64,000 nucleotides of DNA, taken from contig OZ244621.1 in NCBI GenBank assembly GCA_965218425.1, forward strand, positions 320,001 through 384,000, read 5' to 3'. A program made the translations under genes and the position numbers. This document shows, one piece after another, positions 1 to 9,643 of the stretch (positions within the stretch are counted from its first letter, which is position 1; every line of letters begins with the position of its first letter). Under the pieces are notes generated by a model. The model had not been told where the DNA came from, did no database searches, and saw only the letters and a program-made list of their open reading frames with translations. This stretch comes from an uncultured Candidatus Binatia bacterium (lineage in GTDB: Bacteria; Desulfobacterota; Binatia; UBA9968; CAXXLF01).

Positions 1-595
1 TGGCGGTCGAGGCGACGACTACATGGCCTTTCATGGAGCCTTGCAGCAAGGGGGGCTCACCATCCAAGACGTCCGCGTCGTGCCAGCGTCCCACGGCGGC
101 ACAGAACGCAAGCGCGCCCTACTGAACGGAGATATGGACCTCGTGATCGGACGGAGACCCCGCGGTGTCGCGACGGAAGTGTCACAGGGCCATGTGGTCC
201 GATGGAAAATCGGCGATGAGGTTCATCCCAATCTGCAGGCCCGATTAATACTCTTCAACACCGGGTTTATAAGGGAGCGCCCAAACGTGGGATTGAGGTT
301 CCTGACCGCTTACTTGAGAGGAGTTCGTGCCTACTGCGACGCGCTCGATAAGGGCGGCGGCACGGCCGAGATGATCGATCTCCTAACTCGAGAAACAGGT
401 GAACCATCTGAATTGCTCCAAACCATGAAGCCGGTAGGGTTTACTGCCGATGGACTGATTGATATGCCCCGTCTTGAGTCGGAAGTGAAGGCCCTCGTCG
501 AGCGTGGCCTTTTCCCTCAAAATATCAAAATTGCCGAGGTGGTGGATAACCGATTCGCTGAAACCGCACTCGAGGATCTCGGCGAGTACCATTAA
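1..595 (+). CDS. SsuA/TauA/NMT1-THI5-like solute-binding-fold protein, 5'-truncated by window edge
   Basis: Frame is open from the window start (GGRGDDYMAF...). FIRERP..RFLTAYLRGV and VVDNRFAE resemble C-terminal parts of NitT/TauT-family binding proteins. Confidence 0.65.
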   Translation, partial: GGRGDDYMAFHGALQQGGLTIQDVRVVPASHGGTERKRALLNGDMDLVIGRRPRGVATEVSQGHVVRWKIGDEVHPNLQARLILFNTGFIRERPNVGLRFLTAYLRGVRAYCDALDKGGGTAEMIDLLTRETGEPSELLQTMKPVGFTADGLIDMPRLESEVKALVERGLFPQNIKIAEVVDNRFAETALEDLGEYH

Positions 596-622
596 TTCAA
601 TAGTCTTGCCAGCTTGGCTTCA

Positions 623-1111
623 TCATGGATACGCTCGCCACCGCTCACCGTCTATCCCGGAGTCGGTAATCGGTAATATGATGAGTTGCAACCGATTCCC
701 AAACGGGTCATAGAAGTAGACACTCTTTTCGCCAGGCTTACGCTGAGCGGCTCTGATATCGCCTTCCAAATAGGCGCCGTTGGCTTCTAAGAGTACGTAA
801 ATATCGTCGTATTCCTCCACGGAACCTACGCTAATGGCGAGATGGGCGCCTTTATAGCGTAAACCCGAGCCCGGGTCCGGCACCTTTGTCTCATCGGGTC
901 CGCAAAAACGCGACCGGGGTGACAGCTTGTCAACCTTCTTGAGGAATAGAAGCTGACCCGTTACATTTTTTAGGATGAGTCGACCCTGGCCAAGCTCTCC
1001 CTGGTCACGACAGATGGGCTCCAGCCCCAACGCTCCCGAGTAAAATCGTTCTGCCTGATCGAGATCCGTGACTTCCATCACAAGGTGGCTGATATCTTCA
1101 TACTCGATCAC
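623..1111 (-). CDS. VOC (glyoxalase/extradiol) family protein
   Basis: ISHLVMEVTDLDQAERFYSGALGL, HLAISV, VYFYDPFGNRLQL. GTG start with GGAGG RBS. Confidence 0.9.
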   Translation of the reverse strand: MIEYEDISHLVMEVTDLDQAERFYSGALGLEPICRDQGELGQGRLILKNVTGQLLFLKKVDKLSPRSRFCGPDETKVPDPGSGLRYKGAHLAISVGSVEEYDDIYVLLEANGAYLEGDIRAAQRKPGEKSVYFYDPFGNRLQLIILPITDSGIDGERWRAYP

Positions 1112-1122
1112 GGCAACCTCCG

Positions 1123-1536
1123 TTATCGGCGAACTGAGAATTCAAGCGCATTGCCATCCGAGTCACGCACCCGGATAGTCCGGCTCAGCGGTACGGCCTC
1201 AGGATACGTCGCCGGGCCTTCGTAGGGGATACCGTTTTCACGAAGCTGTTTGAGCAGTTCATCCATCATCTTCGCAGTTACGGAAAAGCCGATGCGCGGC
1301 ATGGCCTTTGCCCCCTCGGCGGAGGCAAGCTCTTCCTGGGCCAGGCAAAGTTCGAATCGGTGCCCCCCCATCTCAACGAAAGACATGATCGGGAATCCGC
1401 CCTTATAGAGTCGTTGGGTGTTAAGATTTTGAATGTGCAACGGCTTTGCGCCCAATAGCTTGCCATAGAACTGGTGCGCTCTGGGAATGTCCTCTACCAC
1501 GAACCCGCAATGATCGAAGGTTCTAATCTTTGCCAT
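1123..1536 (-). CDS. VOC family protein
   Basis: FDHCGFVVEDIPRAHQFYGKLLG ... RDSDGNALEF. Confidence 0.9.
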   Translation of the reverse strand: MAKIRTFDHCGFVVEDIPRAHQFYGKLLGAKPLHIQNLNTQRLYKGGFPIMSFVEMGGHRFELCLAQEELASAEGAKAMPRIGFSVTAKMMDELLKQLRENGIPYEGPATYPEAVPLSRTIRVRDSDGNALEFSVRR

Positions 1537-1560
1537 GGGAGACCCCTCTTTTTCAACTCA

Positions 1561-1588
1561 TTGTTATTGACCGAACTGTATCTGTCAA
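1561..1588 (-). promoter_or_regulatory. putative sigma70 promoter for the VOC pair
   Basis: Minus strand TTGACA (1588-1583) followed after about 17 nt by (T)AACAAT. Confidence 0.45.
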
Positions 1589-1590
1589 GT

Positions 1591-1711
1591 TTTATCCGGT
1601 AAAACCCGAGCCACGGACTTACGTCCGTGGCTCGGGGGCGCTTCCCTTCGGGGAAGTTCGGAAAATTCATCCCCGGACTCACGTCCCGGGCGTTCTGTGG
1701 TTCGGGGTAAA
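1591..1711. repeat. multi-hairpin REP/PATE-like palindromic element
   Basis: Perfect 14-bp stem CCCGAGCCACGGAC-ttac-GTCCGTGGCTCGGG (1605-1636), CTTCCC-ttcg-GGGAAG (1641-1656), and CCCCGGAC-tcac-GTCCCGGG (1671-1690). Imperfect terminal IR TTTATCCG...CGGGGTAAA. Confidence 0.6.
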
Positions 1712-1753
1712 CTGAATACGATCAATCTGGGGGTCACTGAGCCCACCTTTGTT

Positions 1754-2695
1754 TCAATCAAGATCGATGGGCGTCCCAAGGCCTTCCTTGAGCGCTTCCC
1801 CATAGACCCAAGCCGCCAAAGCTACATCGCTGTATCCACCCTGGGATTCTCGGAAAACCACAATATCATCAGAACCAGGGTTTGCTCGAACCTCACCTGA
1901 CACAATTTGTCCGAGTTCTGCGACCTGTGCCCAAGCTATTTTCCCCTCTTTGGACAATCTGATCAGTGGTTGGTCCAAGACCGTGTCATAGTACCCTAAT
2001 TCGTGCACCTTGCTCGACACAACGGTCAGTGTCGACCTTAAATACACCTTATCGTCAAATTCGTTGGGTCGTCCGATACCAAAGACCGATAGACCGGGAC
2101 GGAGCCAATTCCCCAACAACGCCGGGGCGGGGGAATTGGTGCTGACCATGACGATTTCTGCTCGCTCGATGGCTTCCTGCGGGGATGAGACAGCCTCGAC
2201 CGCCACCCCAAACCTGCGAGCAGCCTGTTTAGAAAATGCCTCTCTCCGCTGCGGACTCCTGCTGTAGACACTAACCTTCTCGACCGACCGGAGAGCTATT
2301 GCAGCCTCCATCAGGCAAGGGGCAAGTCGGCCACTTCCGATAAGCGCCACCGACCGGACATTTTTCTTCGCCAAACGCTCTAGTGCAAGTCCGACCGTTG
2401 CACTGATGCGGAGTAAGCCGAATGGAAATCCCATAATGGCAAGAAGGCGACCCGAGTCCAGTTCGAAGAGCAGCGCCAGCGGTTCCCCACCGGTCACGCT
2501 GAGCCTCATTCCTATTTTATTTTGTAGCGTCAATCCCCCTGCCACCCCGCGTATTCCTCGTTCCATTAACCGTAGCGGCGGTGTCGCTCTAATCCCCCCC
2601 TTCGCTTGATCCATGTAGGTTCTCTGCAACACTTGGATCGCTTGCCGCAGATCCATGAGCCCTTCGATCTCAGACCCGCGTAATAAAAGTGCCAT
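1754..2695 (-). CDS. ornithine cyclodeaminase/mu-crystallin family protein
   Basis: LLFELDSGRLLAIM, LRISATVG, ALIGSGRLA, VYSRSPQRREAF, GYSDVALA. Confidence 0.9.
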   Translation of the reverse strand: MALLLRGSEIEGLMDLRQAIQVLQRTYMDQAKGGIRATPPLRLMERGIRGVAGGLTLQNKIGMRLSVTGGEPLALLFELDSGRLLAIMGFPFGLLRISATVGLALERLAKKNVRSVALIGSGRLAPCLMEAAIALRSVEKVSVYSRSPQRREAFSKQAARRFGVAVEAVSSPQEAIERAEIVMVSTNSPAPALLGNWLRPGLSVFGIGRPNEFDDKVYLRSTLTVVSSKVHELGYYDTVLDQPLIRLSKEGKIAWAQVAELGQIVSGEVRANPGSDDIVVFRESQGGYSDVALAAWVYGEALKEGLGTPIDLD

Positions 2696-2708
2696 GGGCT
2701 AACTAATC

Positions 2709-2890
2709 TTACCCCACAACGATCAGATTCATTTCCCGCTTGCCGTGACGACGGCTGCCACGTTCGGTCACGATCACGGGATCACCGATGCCGGCGTGTC
2801 CCTTGCCGCTCGCAAGAAGAACTCGAGGCTTCAGAATATATACCATGCCCGGTTTGAGTTGTTGGTTCCCGATCGGGCCAACGGGCGCAC
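2709..2890 (-). pseudogene. C-terminal relic of an M24 (Xaa-Pro peptidase/creatinase-like) protein
   Basis: Own translation: ...PVGPIGNQQLKPGMVYILKPRV...GIGDPVIVTERGSRRHGKREM*, matching the LxPGMV / GDxVxVTExG end of M24 proteins. An upstream in-frame stop removes the rest. Confidence 0.6.
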
Positions 2891-2955
2891 TTATCCAAAA
2901 TCTTGCACCTGCTTATTCAACCTAAAGCACTTTGAGCACAACCGCAACGGCGAGG

Positions 2956-4737
2956 TCAATCCGCCATCTTCATTTCTTCCACCATGGTGGGAAGCCAGAC
3001 AGAGACAACTGCCGGATGCCCCTTCCGGGTCGCTTCCAGGCCACGTTTCAAGGCTGGGCCCACCTGGTTGGCTTCGGAAACCACCTCGCCGTAGCCGCCC
3101 ACCGACTCCGCCAGCTTGGCGAAGTTGGGAGGCGGGTCGAATACCCCTCCCAAATAATCCCCTCTCCCCGCCGAAGCCCCTTTTGGGTATGTACCCCGTA
3201 CGGCTCTAGTGCCCGTGGAATAGGATCGGTTCGTATAGACCACGGAGAGAAACGGTGCTTTGTGATAAGCAGCCGCCCACAGTGCTTCCAGGGGACTGCC
3301 AAACATAAAAAATCCGTCTCCGGTGGCATGGACAACATCAGATGCCGGCTCGGCAAGCTTGGCCCCTACGGCGGCACCTACGCCCCACCCCCCGGTGGAG
3401 CCGGCCCGTCTAAAGTAGGAACCTGGAATGGACCGACGGTGGTACTCCCTGAGGGTTTGAGAGTTGCTCAAGGCGTCGTCCAATAGCAGGGCCTCCGGCT
3501 CGAGGATCTGTTGGATCTGATAGGACACCCAGCGGGGGTCCACCGGAGTGCGTTGCCCTGCCTTCTTTGCCTTCTCCTCAGCCGCCTCCACCAGCTCGTG
3601 TTTGCGCCGCTCCAATTTTTCGCGCCGGTCGGAGACACGGCTCATGTCGCTTTTGGAAAGCATTCCCGTCGCTGCGTCATGTATTGCCCGCGCGGCCGTT
3701 GAGGTGTCGGCCGCAAGCCACAAGTCTGCCTGGAACTCCATGGTCTTGAAGCGTGACTGCACCGGATCCGGGTCGATCCACGCAACGGCGGCATCGTGAC
3801 GCGGGGATTGTTGCGGTGGCAACCACGGTACCGCCGATTCGAAGACCACCACCACATCGGCATCCTTCGGTTCAGGACCGGTTCCATAGAGGGGATGGGT
3901 GGTGGGAAAATTCAAGCTCTGGCAGTGACGGGTATCCATGACCGGCACGGCGAGCAGCTCCGCAAGCCTAACGAGCTCAGCCACGGATTCCGGATTCCGA
4001 CCGGACTGAGCCGTATAAATACAAGGATTGTTCGCTTCCACCAGCCACTTGGCCACTTTCTTAGCATCCGCTTCATCGGGAGCCGCTGGACGAGCCACTC
4101 CAAGCTGGTCACGAGTGGGAAATTGCGTGGTACCGGATAGAGGCAACAAGGCGGTTTCGCGAGGCAGCGCTAGATAGACGGGTCCTCTCGGTTCGCTCAT
4201 GGCAACCTGCAGCATACGGCTGATCATCAGGCCCGGGTTATCCTGGTGTTCCAATCGGTGATCCAATTTCGTGTACTGACGCAGGATCTCACCCTGATCG
4301 CGAGGTTCCTGAACCCACTGAACGAAATTGTCGCGCGCCCCCGGCATGGAATCCGGAAAGGCTCGCGGGCCCGTACCCGATATCATCATGACCGGATAGT
4401 TTCCCCTCCAGGCAGTGTGGATTCCTGCGCCGTAGTTAAGCAAACCCACGTCCACGTGCACCGCGGTAGCTGTAGGTTTTCCGGTGACCATGGTGTAACC
4501 CAGTGCCGCATTCAGTGCCACACCCTCATGAACCATTGTGATGAGCTTGGGCGCCTGCCAGCCCCGCACCTCCGCCTTTGTAATGGCCTCTTGAAAGTAG
4601 CCGATCTCCGATCCCGAGACGAAGAAAAGGTAATCGATGCCGCCGAGTTTCATGGATGCCACAATGGCATCACTCCACTCTTCCGCGGGACACTCCGCCC
4701 ATCGCTTATCCAATATTCCATTCGATTCCTTGCTCAT
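2956..4737 (-). CDS. thiamine pyrophosphate-requiring enzyme (acetolactate synthase/benzoylformate decarboxylase superfamily)
   Basis: HEGVA glutamate, HVDVG, TGDG...YTN TPP motif. Start moved to MSKESN after an AAGGA RBS. Confidence 0.9.
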   Translation of the reverse strand: MSKESNGILDKRWAECPAEEWSDAIVASMKLGGIDYLFFVSGSEIGYFQEAITKAEVRGWQAPKLITMVHEGVALNAALGYTMVTGKPTATAVHVDVGLLNYGAGIHTAWRGNYPVMMISGTGPRAFPDSMPGARDNFVQWVQEPRDQGEILRQYTKLDHRLEHQDNPGLMISRMLQVAMSEPRGPVYLALPRETALLPLSGTTQFPTRDQLGVARPAAPDEADAKKVAKWLVEANNPCIYTAQSGRNPESVAELVRLAELLAVPVMDTRHCQSLNFPTTHPLYGTGPEPKDADVVVVFESAVPWLPPQQSPRHDAAVAWIDPDPVQSRFKTMEFQADLWLAADTSTAARAIHDAATGMLSKSDMSRVSDRREKLERRKHELVEAAEEKAKKAGQRTPVDPRWVSYQIQQILEPEALLLDDALSNSQTLREYHRRSIPGSYFRRAGSTGGWGVGAAVGAKLAEPASDVVHATGDGFFMFGSPLEALWAAAYHKAPFLSVVYTNRSYSTGTRAVRGTYPKGASAGRGDYLGGVFDPPPNFAKLAESVGGYGEVVSEANQVGPALKRGLEATRKGHPAVVSVWLPTMVEEMKMAD

Positions 4738-4805
4738 TTTTGTTTCCTTTCTTTTGTCCCCCAAAAACCCGCTTGAGGATAACACCGCCTATCCGTTGCC
4801 CAACT

Positions 4806-5630
4806 TCAGGTCCATGACTCGTCGGTCACATCGATCCAATTTCCGTCTGGGTCCGACAATTGGAATTTTCCCAAAGTGCAACGTTCAAAAAACCTCCTTC
4901 TCATCTCGGATTCGGGACTGCCCCCCAGGGGCCGAGAGCTGAGGTAAGTATTGTAACCATCGAGTTTCCGTACATCATTCTTGAATGCTTCCACGTCTTC
5001 CACCTTCATGCCGATGTGATCGGGTCCCGAACGTTTAATGGACATGCCGGTAAAGCCCTCGATGCTCCAGGGCATGATGCTCAGGGTCATATGCCCATCG
5101 GTGAGATGAATGTTCGGGTCCTCGGATTTTCTTCTGATGGGCTTCAATTCAAAAACTTCCGCGTAGAAATCGGCTACTTGCTTGGCATGGAGAGTCCGAA
5201 TGGCAAACCGGTTGAAGTAGCGGTCCTGATGCCATTCCTTCTCCTCAGTGTGAGCGTAGAGGTCCTTTAAATTGTCCCCGCCCTTCGGCGCGAGATCGAA
5301 CACGTTGCCGTCCGGGTCGTGACCGCTGTAGGCGGCAAAGGGCCGGGTGGACGGACGCTTGACCATGTTAGCCCCAGGGTGGTTTTTTTGCATTCTTTTC
5401 AGCACCACATCAATGCTGTCCACCAATAATCCGAAGTGGTCCACCCCGCCCACGTAACCGTCGCGACGAGGCAGAATTTGTAGCCCCACGCGCCCATCGC
5501 CGACGGTGGGCGCGGCGGCGGGGTCCCAGCTCTTTTGCGCCGATCTGAGCCCAAACAACACCTGGTAGTACTTCTCCAGCAGAGGATACTGATGACTGAT
5601 GATCGCGATATGATTCATCTGAGCAAACAC
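4806..5630 (-). CDS. two-domain VOC family protein
   Basis: MNHIAI...DHFGL...DPDGNVFDL, and a second module DHIGMKV...DPDGNWIDV. GTG start, GAGG RBS. Confidence 0.88.
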   Translation of the reverse strand: MFAQMNHIAIISHQYPLLEKYYQVLFGLRSAQKSWDPAAAPTVGDGRVGLQILPRRDGYVGGVDHFGLLVDSIDVVLKRMQKNHPGANMVKRPSTRPFAAYSGHDPDGNVFDLAPKGGDNLKDLYAHTEEKEWHQDRYFNRFAIRTLHAKQVADFYAEVFELKPIRRKSEDPNIHLTDGHMTLSIMPWSIEGFTGMSIKRSGPDHIGMKVEDVEAFKNDVRKLDGYNTYLSSRPLGGSPESEMRRRFFERCTLGKFQLSDPDGNWIDVTDESWT

Positions 5631-5943
5631 CTCATTCCTCCATTCACCGAAGGATAAAAATTAAAAAAGCACCGGCGGCCCTTTTGCTTTGTCCCGCTGC
5701 CTTTCTTTTTGTTGGGCCGCTGCAACTTCAAGCACTGCCTGATGATCGGCTTGTACTCTACCCCCGGCGCCACAAGCCCGTCAATCCTCGTCCTACCTCT
5801 CTCAAGACGGAAACAGGGGTTCTGCAGGCGCCGTCCGTTTGTACAGTTTGATGAGCCCGGGAATTTTCCACAGGTCCCTTATTCACCCACCTCTTCGTCC
5901 CAGCCATGAAAAAGCTATGAATACTTTTTCGTTTTCGGAGTAA

Positions 5944-7029
5944 TTACCATCCCAGGCGAAAAGACGGAACCTTGGCAACCACGGAAGAATCAACGCTCTG
6001 AACGTTGATCTTCCCGCAACGGGCCATGGTGAGTTCCACTTCCTCGCGTAGGATTTCCAACACTCGCCTCACCCCTTGCTCCCCGTCCACGGCGAGGCCC
6101 CAAAAAAGCGGACGCCCGATGCAGACTGCCTTTGCTCCAAGAGCCAGGGCTTTTACCACATCGGCACCGCGCCTGATGCCCCCATCCAGGAGCACCTCCA
6201 GTCGTCCTTTGGCCGCTGTGACCACTTCGGGAAGGACCTCAATGGTGGCCAGGGTATTGTCCAGCCCCCGGCCTCCGTGGTTCGAAACAATGACACCTTC
6301 TATGCCAACCTGAGCACAAAGCTCCGCGTCCTCACCCGTCATGATACCCTTGGCCACAATGGGAAGGTCCGTCTCGGCCCTGATCCATTCCAAGTCCTTC
6401 CAGGACACACCAGGGTCTGCCTCCGCACCTCGAGGCCTTCTCTCAGTGGAAGAGGCACGCTCCGTCCCCGCCCCGGCGTAATTAACAGTGCCTCTTCTTT
6501 GGTAATCGTTTCGGATATTACGCTCGCGCTTTGAAGGCCACGCCGAATCCAAAGTGATACACAGCGCCCTGTAACCATTGTCCTTGGCGCGTTTGATCCA
6601 ACTCCGGGTTACCTCCCTGTCACGAAAAGGATAGAGCTGCATCCACAGAGGGCCGGAATCCGCTTTCGCCAGATCCTCAAAGCTTGTATTGGAGTTGGCG
6701 CTCACTGCCATGATGGTCCCGTGGCTAGACGCTGCCCGGTAAGTGGCCACCTCCCCGTCAGGATGTGCCTTCTTATGGCCCCCGCAAGGTGCAATGAGAA
6801 TCGGTAAATTCACCTTGGCGCCGAAAACCATCGTGGAGAGGTCCACGCGGTTCACACCGGCCAGCACCCGTGGACGCATGGCGATGGACTCAAAGGCACG
6901 GCGATTGCGCGCCACACTGATCTCATCCGTGGCGCCGCCGGCAATATAGTCGTATTGTGCCTTGGGTAACCGGCCTTTCGCGATGGGCTCAAATTCAAAC
7001 AGGTTGATGGGTCCCGGACCAGAGATCAT
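5944..7029 (-). CDS. FMN-dependent alpha-hydroxy acid oxidase/dehydrogenase (glycolate oxidase/mandelate dehydrogenase family)
   Basis: YDYIAGGA, WMQLY, VAKGIM, VSNHGGR, DGGIRRGADVVKALALGA. Confidence 0.95.
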   Translation of the reverse strand: MISGPGPINLFEFEPIAKGRLPKAQYDYIAGGATDEISVARNRRAFESIAMRPRVLAGVNRVDLSTMVFGAKVNLPILIAPCGGHKKAHPDGEVATYRAASSHGTIMAVSANSNTSFEDLAKADSGPLWMQLYPFRDREVTRSWIKRAKDNGYRALCITLDSAWPSKRERNIRNDYQRRGTVNYAGAGTERASSTERRPRGAEADPGVSWKDLEWIRAETDLPIVAKGIMTGEDAELCAQVGIEGVIVSNHGGRGLDNTLATIEVLPEVVTAAKGRLEVLLDGGIRRGADVVKALALGAKAVCIGRPLFWGLAVDGEQGVRRVLEILREEVELTMARCGKINVQSVDSSVVAKVPSFRLGW

Positions 7030-7268
7030 AAATATTCGCTCAAGAGAACTAGTTCTTCAATGTGACATGTGGGCCGCCAAAGGCCTCGGCGCGATTGCCC
7101 AGGATCAGAAGATGGCCGCTACCCACGTTGGTCCCCCGGTAGTATTCTTTTGCGTTAAAACAGGCGACTTCGCTTTGCTTCACTACTTTTTCCTCGCCCT
7201 TGACCCCTTTGACCAGGGCCTTTCTCTCCACCACCATACTTATATTTTATTATTATTTTCTCGTGTCC

Positions 7269-8141
7269 CTATTGGGATTTTTTCCGGAGCCTCTCGTAAT
7301 ACTTAAACATCATCCCGCCAAAGCTGTATCCTTCTTTGTTTTGGGTCTTGGCGAGGTTGATCACGGCGTTGACGGTTGCAAGGAGCGGTGTCGGGATTTC
7401 TTTCTCCTCGCCGATCTTCAATCCGTGATAAACGTCTTTTGCAGTCCAGCTGGGATGAGTGTCCAATCCTCCCCCCTTTAACAACTGCTCAAAACTTGAC
7501 GCCCTGTCCGGGCGGCGCTCCTTCATCAGTTCTAGAAAACCTTCCTGGGTGATCTCATTGTCCAGACACCAGGTAAGTGCTTCATGCATGATCATGGTCT
7601 CGGTGGCATTGAACATCGCGTTGGCAATCTTGAGGAGTTTGGCCTTGCCCACATCACCCGCATACAGGTTTTTCTTTCCGATGGCCTGGAAGATCGGTTC
7701 GCACTCCTGAACCGTCTCTTTTCTCCCTGCCGACAGAAAAAGGAGGTTGTGAGCTTCAATTTCATAAGGGCGGCCCATGAGGGCAGCCTCCACGTAACGA
7801 CAACCGGCATTTTCCACGTTCTCCCCGATTCTTATACTGGTTTCGTGGTCGATGCTGCTGCATTCCATCAGGATGGCCCCCTTTTTCAAACCGGTGAGAA
7901 TACCACCCTCAGCCAGAACCGTTTCTTCCACCACTTTGGGCCAGGTCAGCACTGTGAGAACCACATCTGACTGAGACGCGAGATCGCCGGCATTCTTCGC
8001 CCTCTTGGCGCCCGCGTCGGCCAAATGGCTCATTTGTTTTTCATTGATGTCATAAACAACTACCGGGTAGCCCGCCTTCATGAGATTCTTCGCCATGGGG
8101 GTCCCCATATTTCCAACTCCGACCATGCCTATGGTGTTCAT
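7269..8141 (-). CDS. NAD(P)-dependent beta-hydroxyacid dehydrogenase (3-hydroxyisobutyrate dehydrogenase family)
   Basis: GMVGVGNMGTPMAKNL Rossmann motif, ECSSI, catalytic KIAN. Confidence 0.9.
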   Translation of the reverse strand: MNTIGMVGVGNMGTPMAKNLMKAGYPVVVYDINEKQMSHLADAGAKRAKNAGDLASQSDVVLTVLTWPKVVEETVLAEGGILTGLKKGAILMECSSIDHETSIRIGENVENAGCRYVEAALMGRPYEIEAHNLLFLSAGRKETVQECEPIFQAIGKKNLYAGDVGKAKLLKIANAMFNATETMIMHEALTWCLDNEITQEGFLELMKERRPDRASSFEQLLKGGGLDTHPSWTAKDVYHGLKIGEEKEIPTPLLATVNAVINLAKTQNKEGYSFGGMMFKYYERLRKKSQ

Positions 8142-8197
8142 GATGTTTTCTCCTCCTGAGAACCACTAACCTAAGACTATGCCTTTAATCGGGCCGT

Positions 8198-8227
8198 AGT
8201 TTATTCCTGGTACCTCCGGCTTGTCAA
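8198..8227 (-). promoter_or_regulatory. putative sigma70 promoter for the 8141 gene
   Basis: Minus strand TTGACA-N18-TAAACT. Confidence 0.5.
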
Positions 8228-8232
8228 TTACC

Positions 8233-9643
8233 CGTATTGCGCCATTTGTAATTCTAACCCTCCAAGGGCTCATTTTAGGGCTCAAAGAGGGCAACCATGG
8301 AAGGATTCATCATGGCACGACGATCCAAGCGGGAGTATTTACGATCCATCTATGACCGCTACCAGCACGCACCACGGGCGGAGAAGGGGATGATCCTGGA
8401 GCAATTCTGCAAGGTTTGCGGCTACAACCGTAAATATGCCATCTGGCTGTTAAACCGCCCTGTGCCCGAAGTAGCCGTACGCAAACGAAGTGTATCTCGC
8501 TCGCCTGCATACAGTCAGGCGATGGTAAGGATTTTGGCAAAGGTGTGGGAGGCCTCGGGGTATCTGTGCTCCCAACGTCTGAAGGCCGCCCTGGTGCACT
8601 GGCCGCCCTGGATAAGGCAACACTTCGAGCTGAGCCAACCGTTAGAGATCCAGCTATTGGCTATCAGTGCCCGTCAGATGGATCGGCGCCTGAGGGCAAC
8701 CAAGCACAGGGCGAAACGGCGAGTCTATGGCACCACCCGGCCCGGATCACTGCTAAAGCAGATGATTCCCATCAAGACCGATCATTGGGACGTGAACACT
8801 CCGGGCTATCTGGAGATTGACCTGGTGTTACACTCAGGGGCCTCAGCGGTTGGGGAGTTTATTCATAGCCTGGACTGCGTGGACATTACCACCTGCTGGG
8901 TACAGCGCAAGGCTGTCATGGGTAAGGGCAGCCTCGGTATCTTGAATGCGGTCACCGAGATCGAACACCAACTTCCTTTCCCCCTCAAGGGGATCGACTC
9001 CGACAACGGCAGCGAGTTCATCAACAACCAACTTCTTACCTTGTGTCAACAACGCCCATCTGGCCGCGTCATCCAGTTCACCCGCTCACGCCCCTACAAA
9101 AAGGACGACAACGCCCACATCGAGCAGAAAAACTGGACCCATGTCAGAAAGCTTATAGGCTGGGACCGCTACGACACGGCAAAGGCCTTAGAGGTTACCA
9201 ACCGACTCTATGATGAGCTTAGGATCTTCCACAATCTGTTCCAGCCCTCGATGAAGCTACAATGTAAAATCCGTAAAGGCTCTCGACTGATTCGCCGCTA
9301 TGACATGCCCCGTAGCCCCCTTGAGCGAGTGGTGGAGTCCCGAAAGGGAGATCCCAAAAAGCTGGCAGCCCTCAGTCACACGCTTAAGACAACCGATCCC
9401 TTTGAACTCTGTGGCCGAATCGATGAGCAACTTCAGGGGCTCTACAAGCTGGCCAGCCATTCAGACAGAGCACCGCGGGAAAGGCCGCCTCTGAAACACA
9501 CGCCGTGGAGGGAGTGGACGTTTAGCAAGAAACTGCAGGGCCAGCAACAGGAGATGAAACGACAGATGTCACAGAAGTTCGGTTAGATTTTGTCATGACG
9601 CAACGAACCCGGCTAGGGTTAGATTATTTGATGGCTTGACAGG
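8233..9643 (+). mobile_element. insertion sequence with rve/DDE transposase (ISNCY-like), 5-bp target duplication TTACC
   Basis: Left end CGTATTGCGCCATTTGTAATTCTAACCC aligns with the reverse complement of the right end (CCTGTCAAGCCATCAAATAATCTAACCC). A second internal copy of the repeat lies at about 9581-9603. TTACC occurs at 8228-8232 and 9644-9648. Confidence 0.8.
8312..9586 (+). CDS. integrase-core (rve) DDE transposase
   Basis: EIDLV, DSDNGSEFIN, RSRPYKKDDNAHIEQKN; the D-D-E triad looks intact. Confidence 0.92.
   Translation: MARRSKREYLRSIYDRYQHAPRAEKGMILEQFCKVCGYNRKYAIWLLNRPVPEVAVRKRSVSRSPAYSQAMVRILAKVWEASGYLCSQRLKAALVHWPPWIRQHFELSQPLEIQLLAISARQMDRRLRATKHRAKRRVYGTTRPGSLLKQMIPIKTDHWDVNTPGYLEIDLVLHSGASAVGEFIHSLDCVDITTCWVQRKAVMGKGSLGILNAVTEIEHQLPFPLKGIDSDNGSEFINNQLLTLCQQRPSGRVIQFTRSRPYKKDDNAHIEQKNWTHVRKLIGWDRYDTAKALEVTNRLYDELRIFHNLFQPSMKLQCKIRKGSRLIRRYDMPRSPLERVVESRKGDPKKLAALSHTLKTTDPFELCGRIDEQLQGLYKLASHSDRAPRERPPLKHTPWREWTFSKKLQGQQQEMKRQMSQKFG

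Noticed and set aside
7049..7237. 62-aa ORF between two dehydrogenase genes
   Set aside because: No RBS and no recognisable motif; it may be a relic but I cannot support a call.
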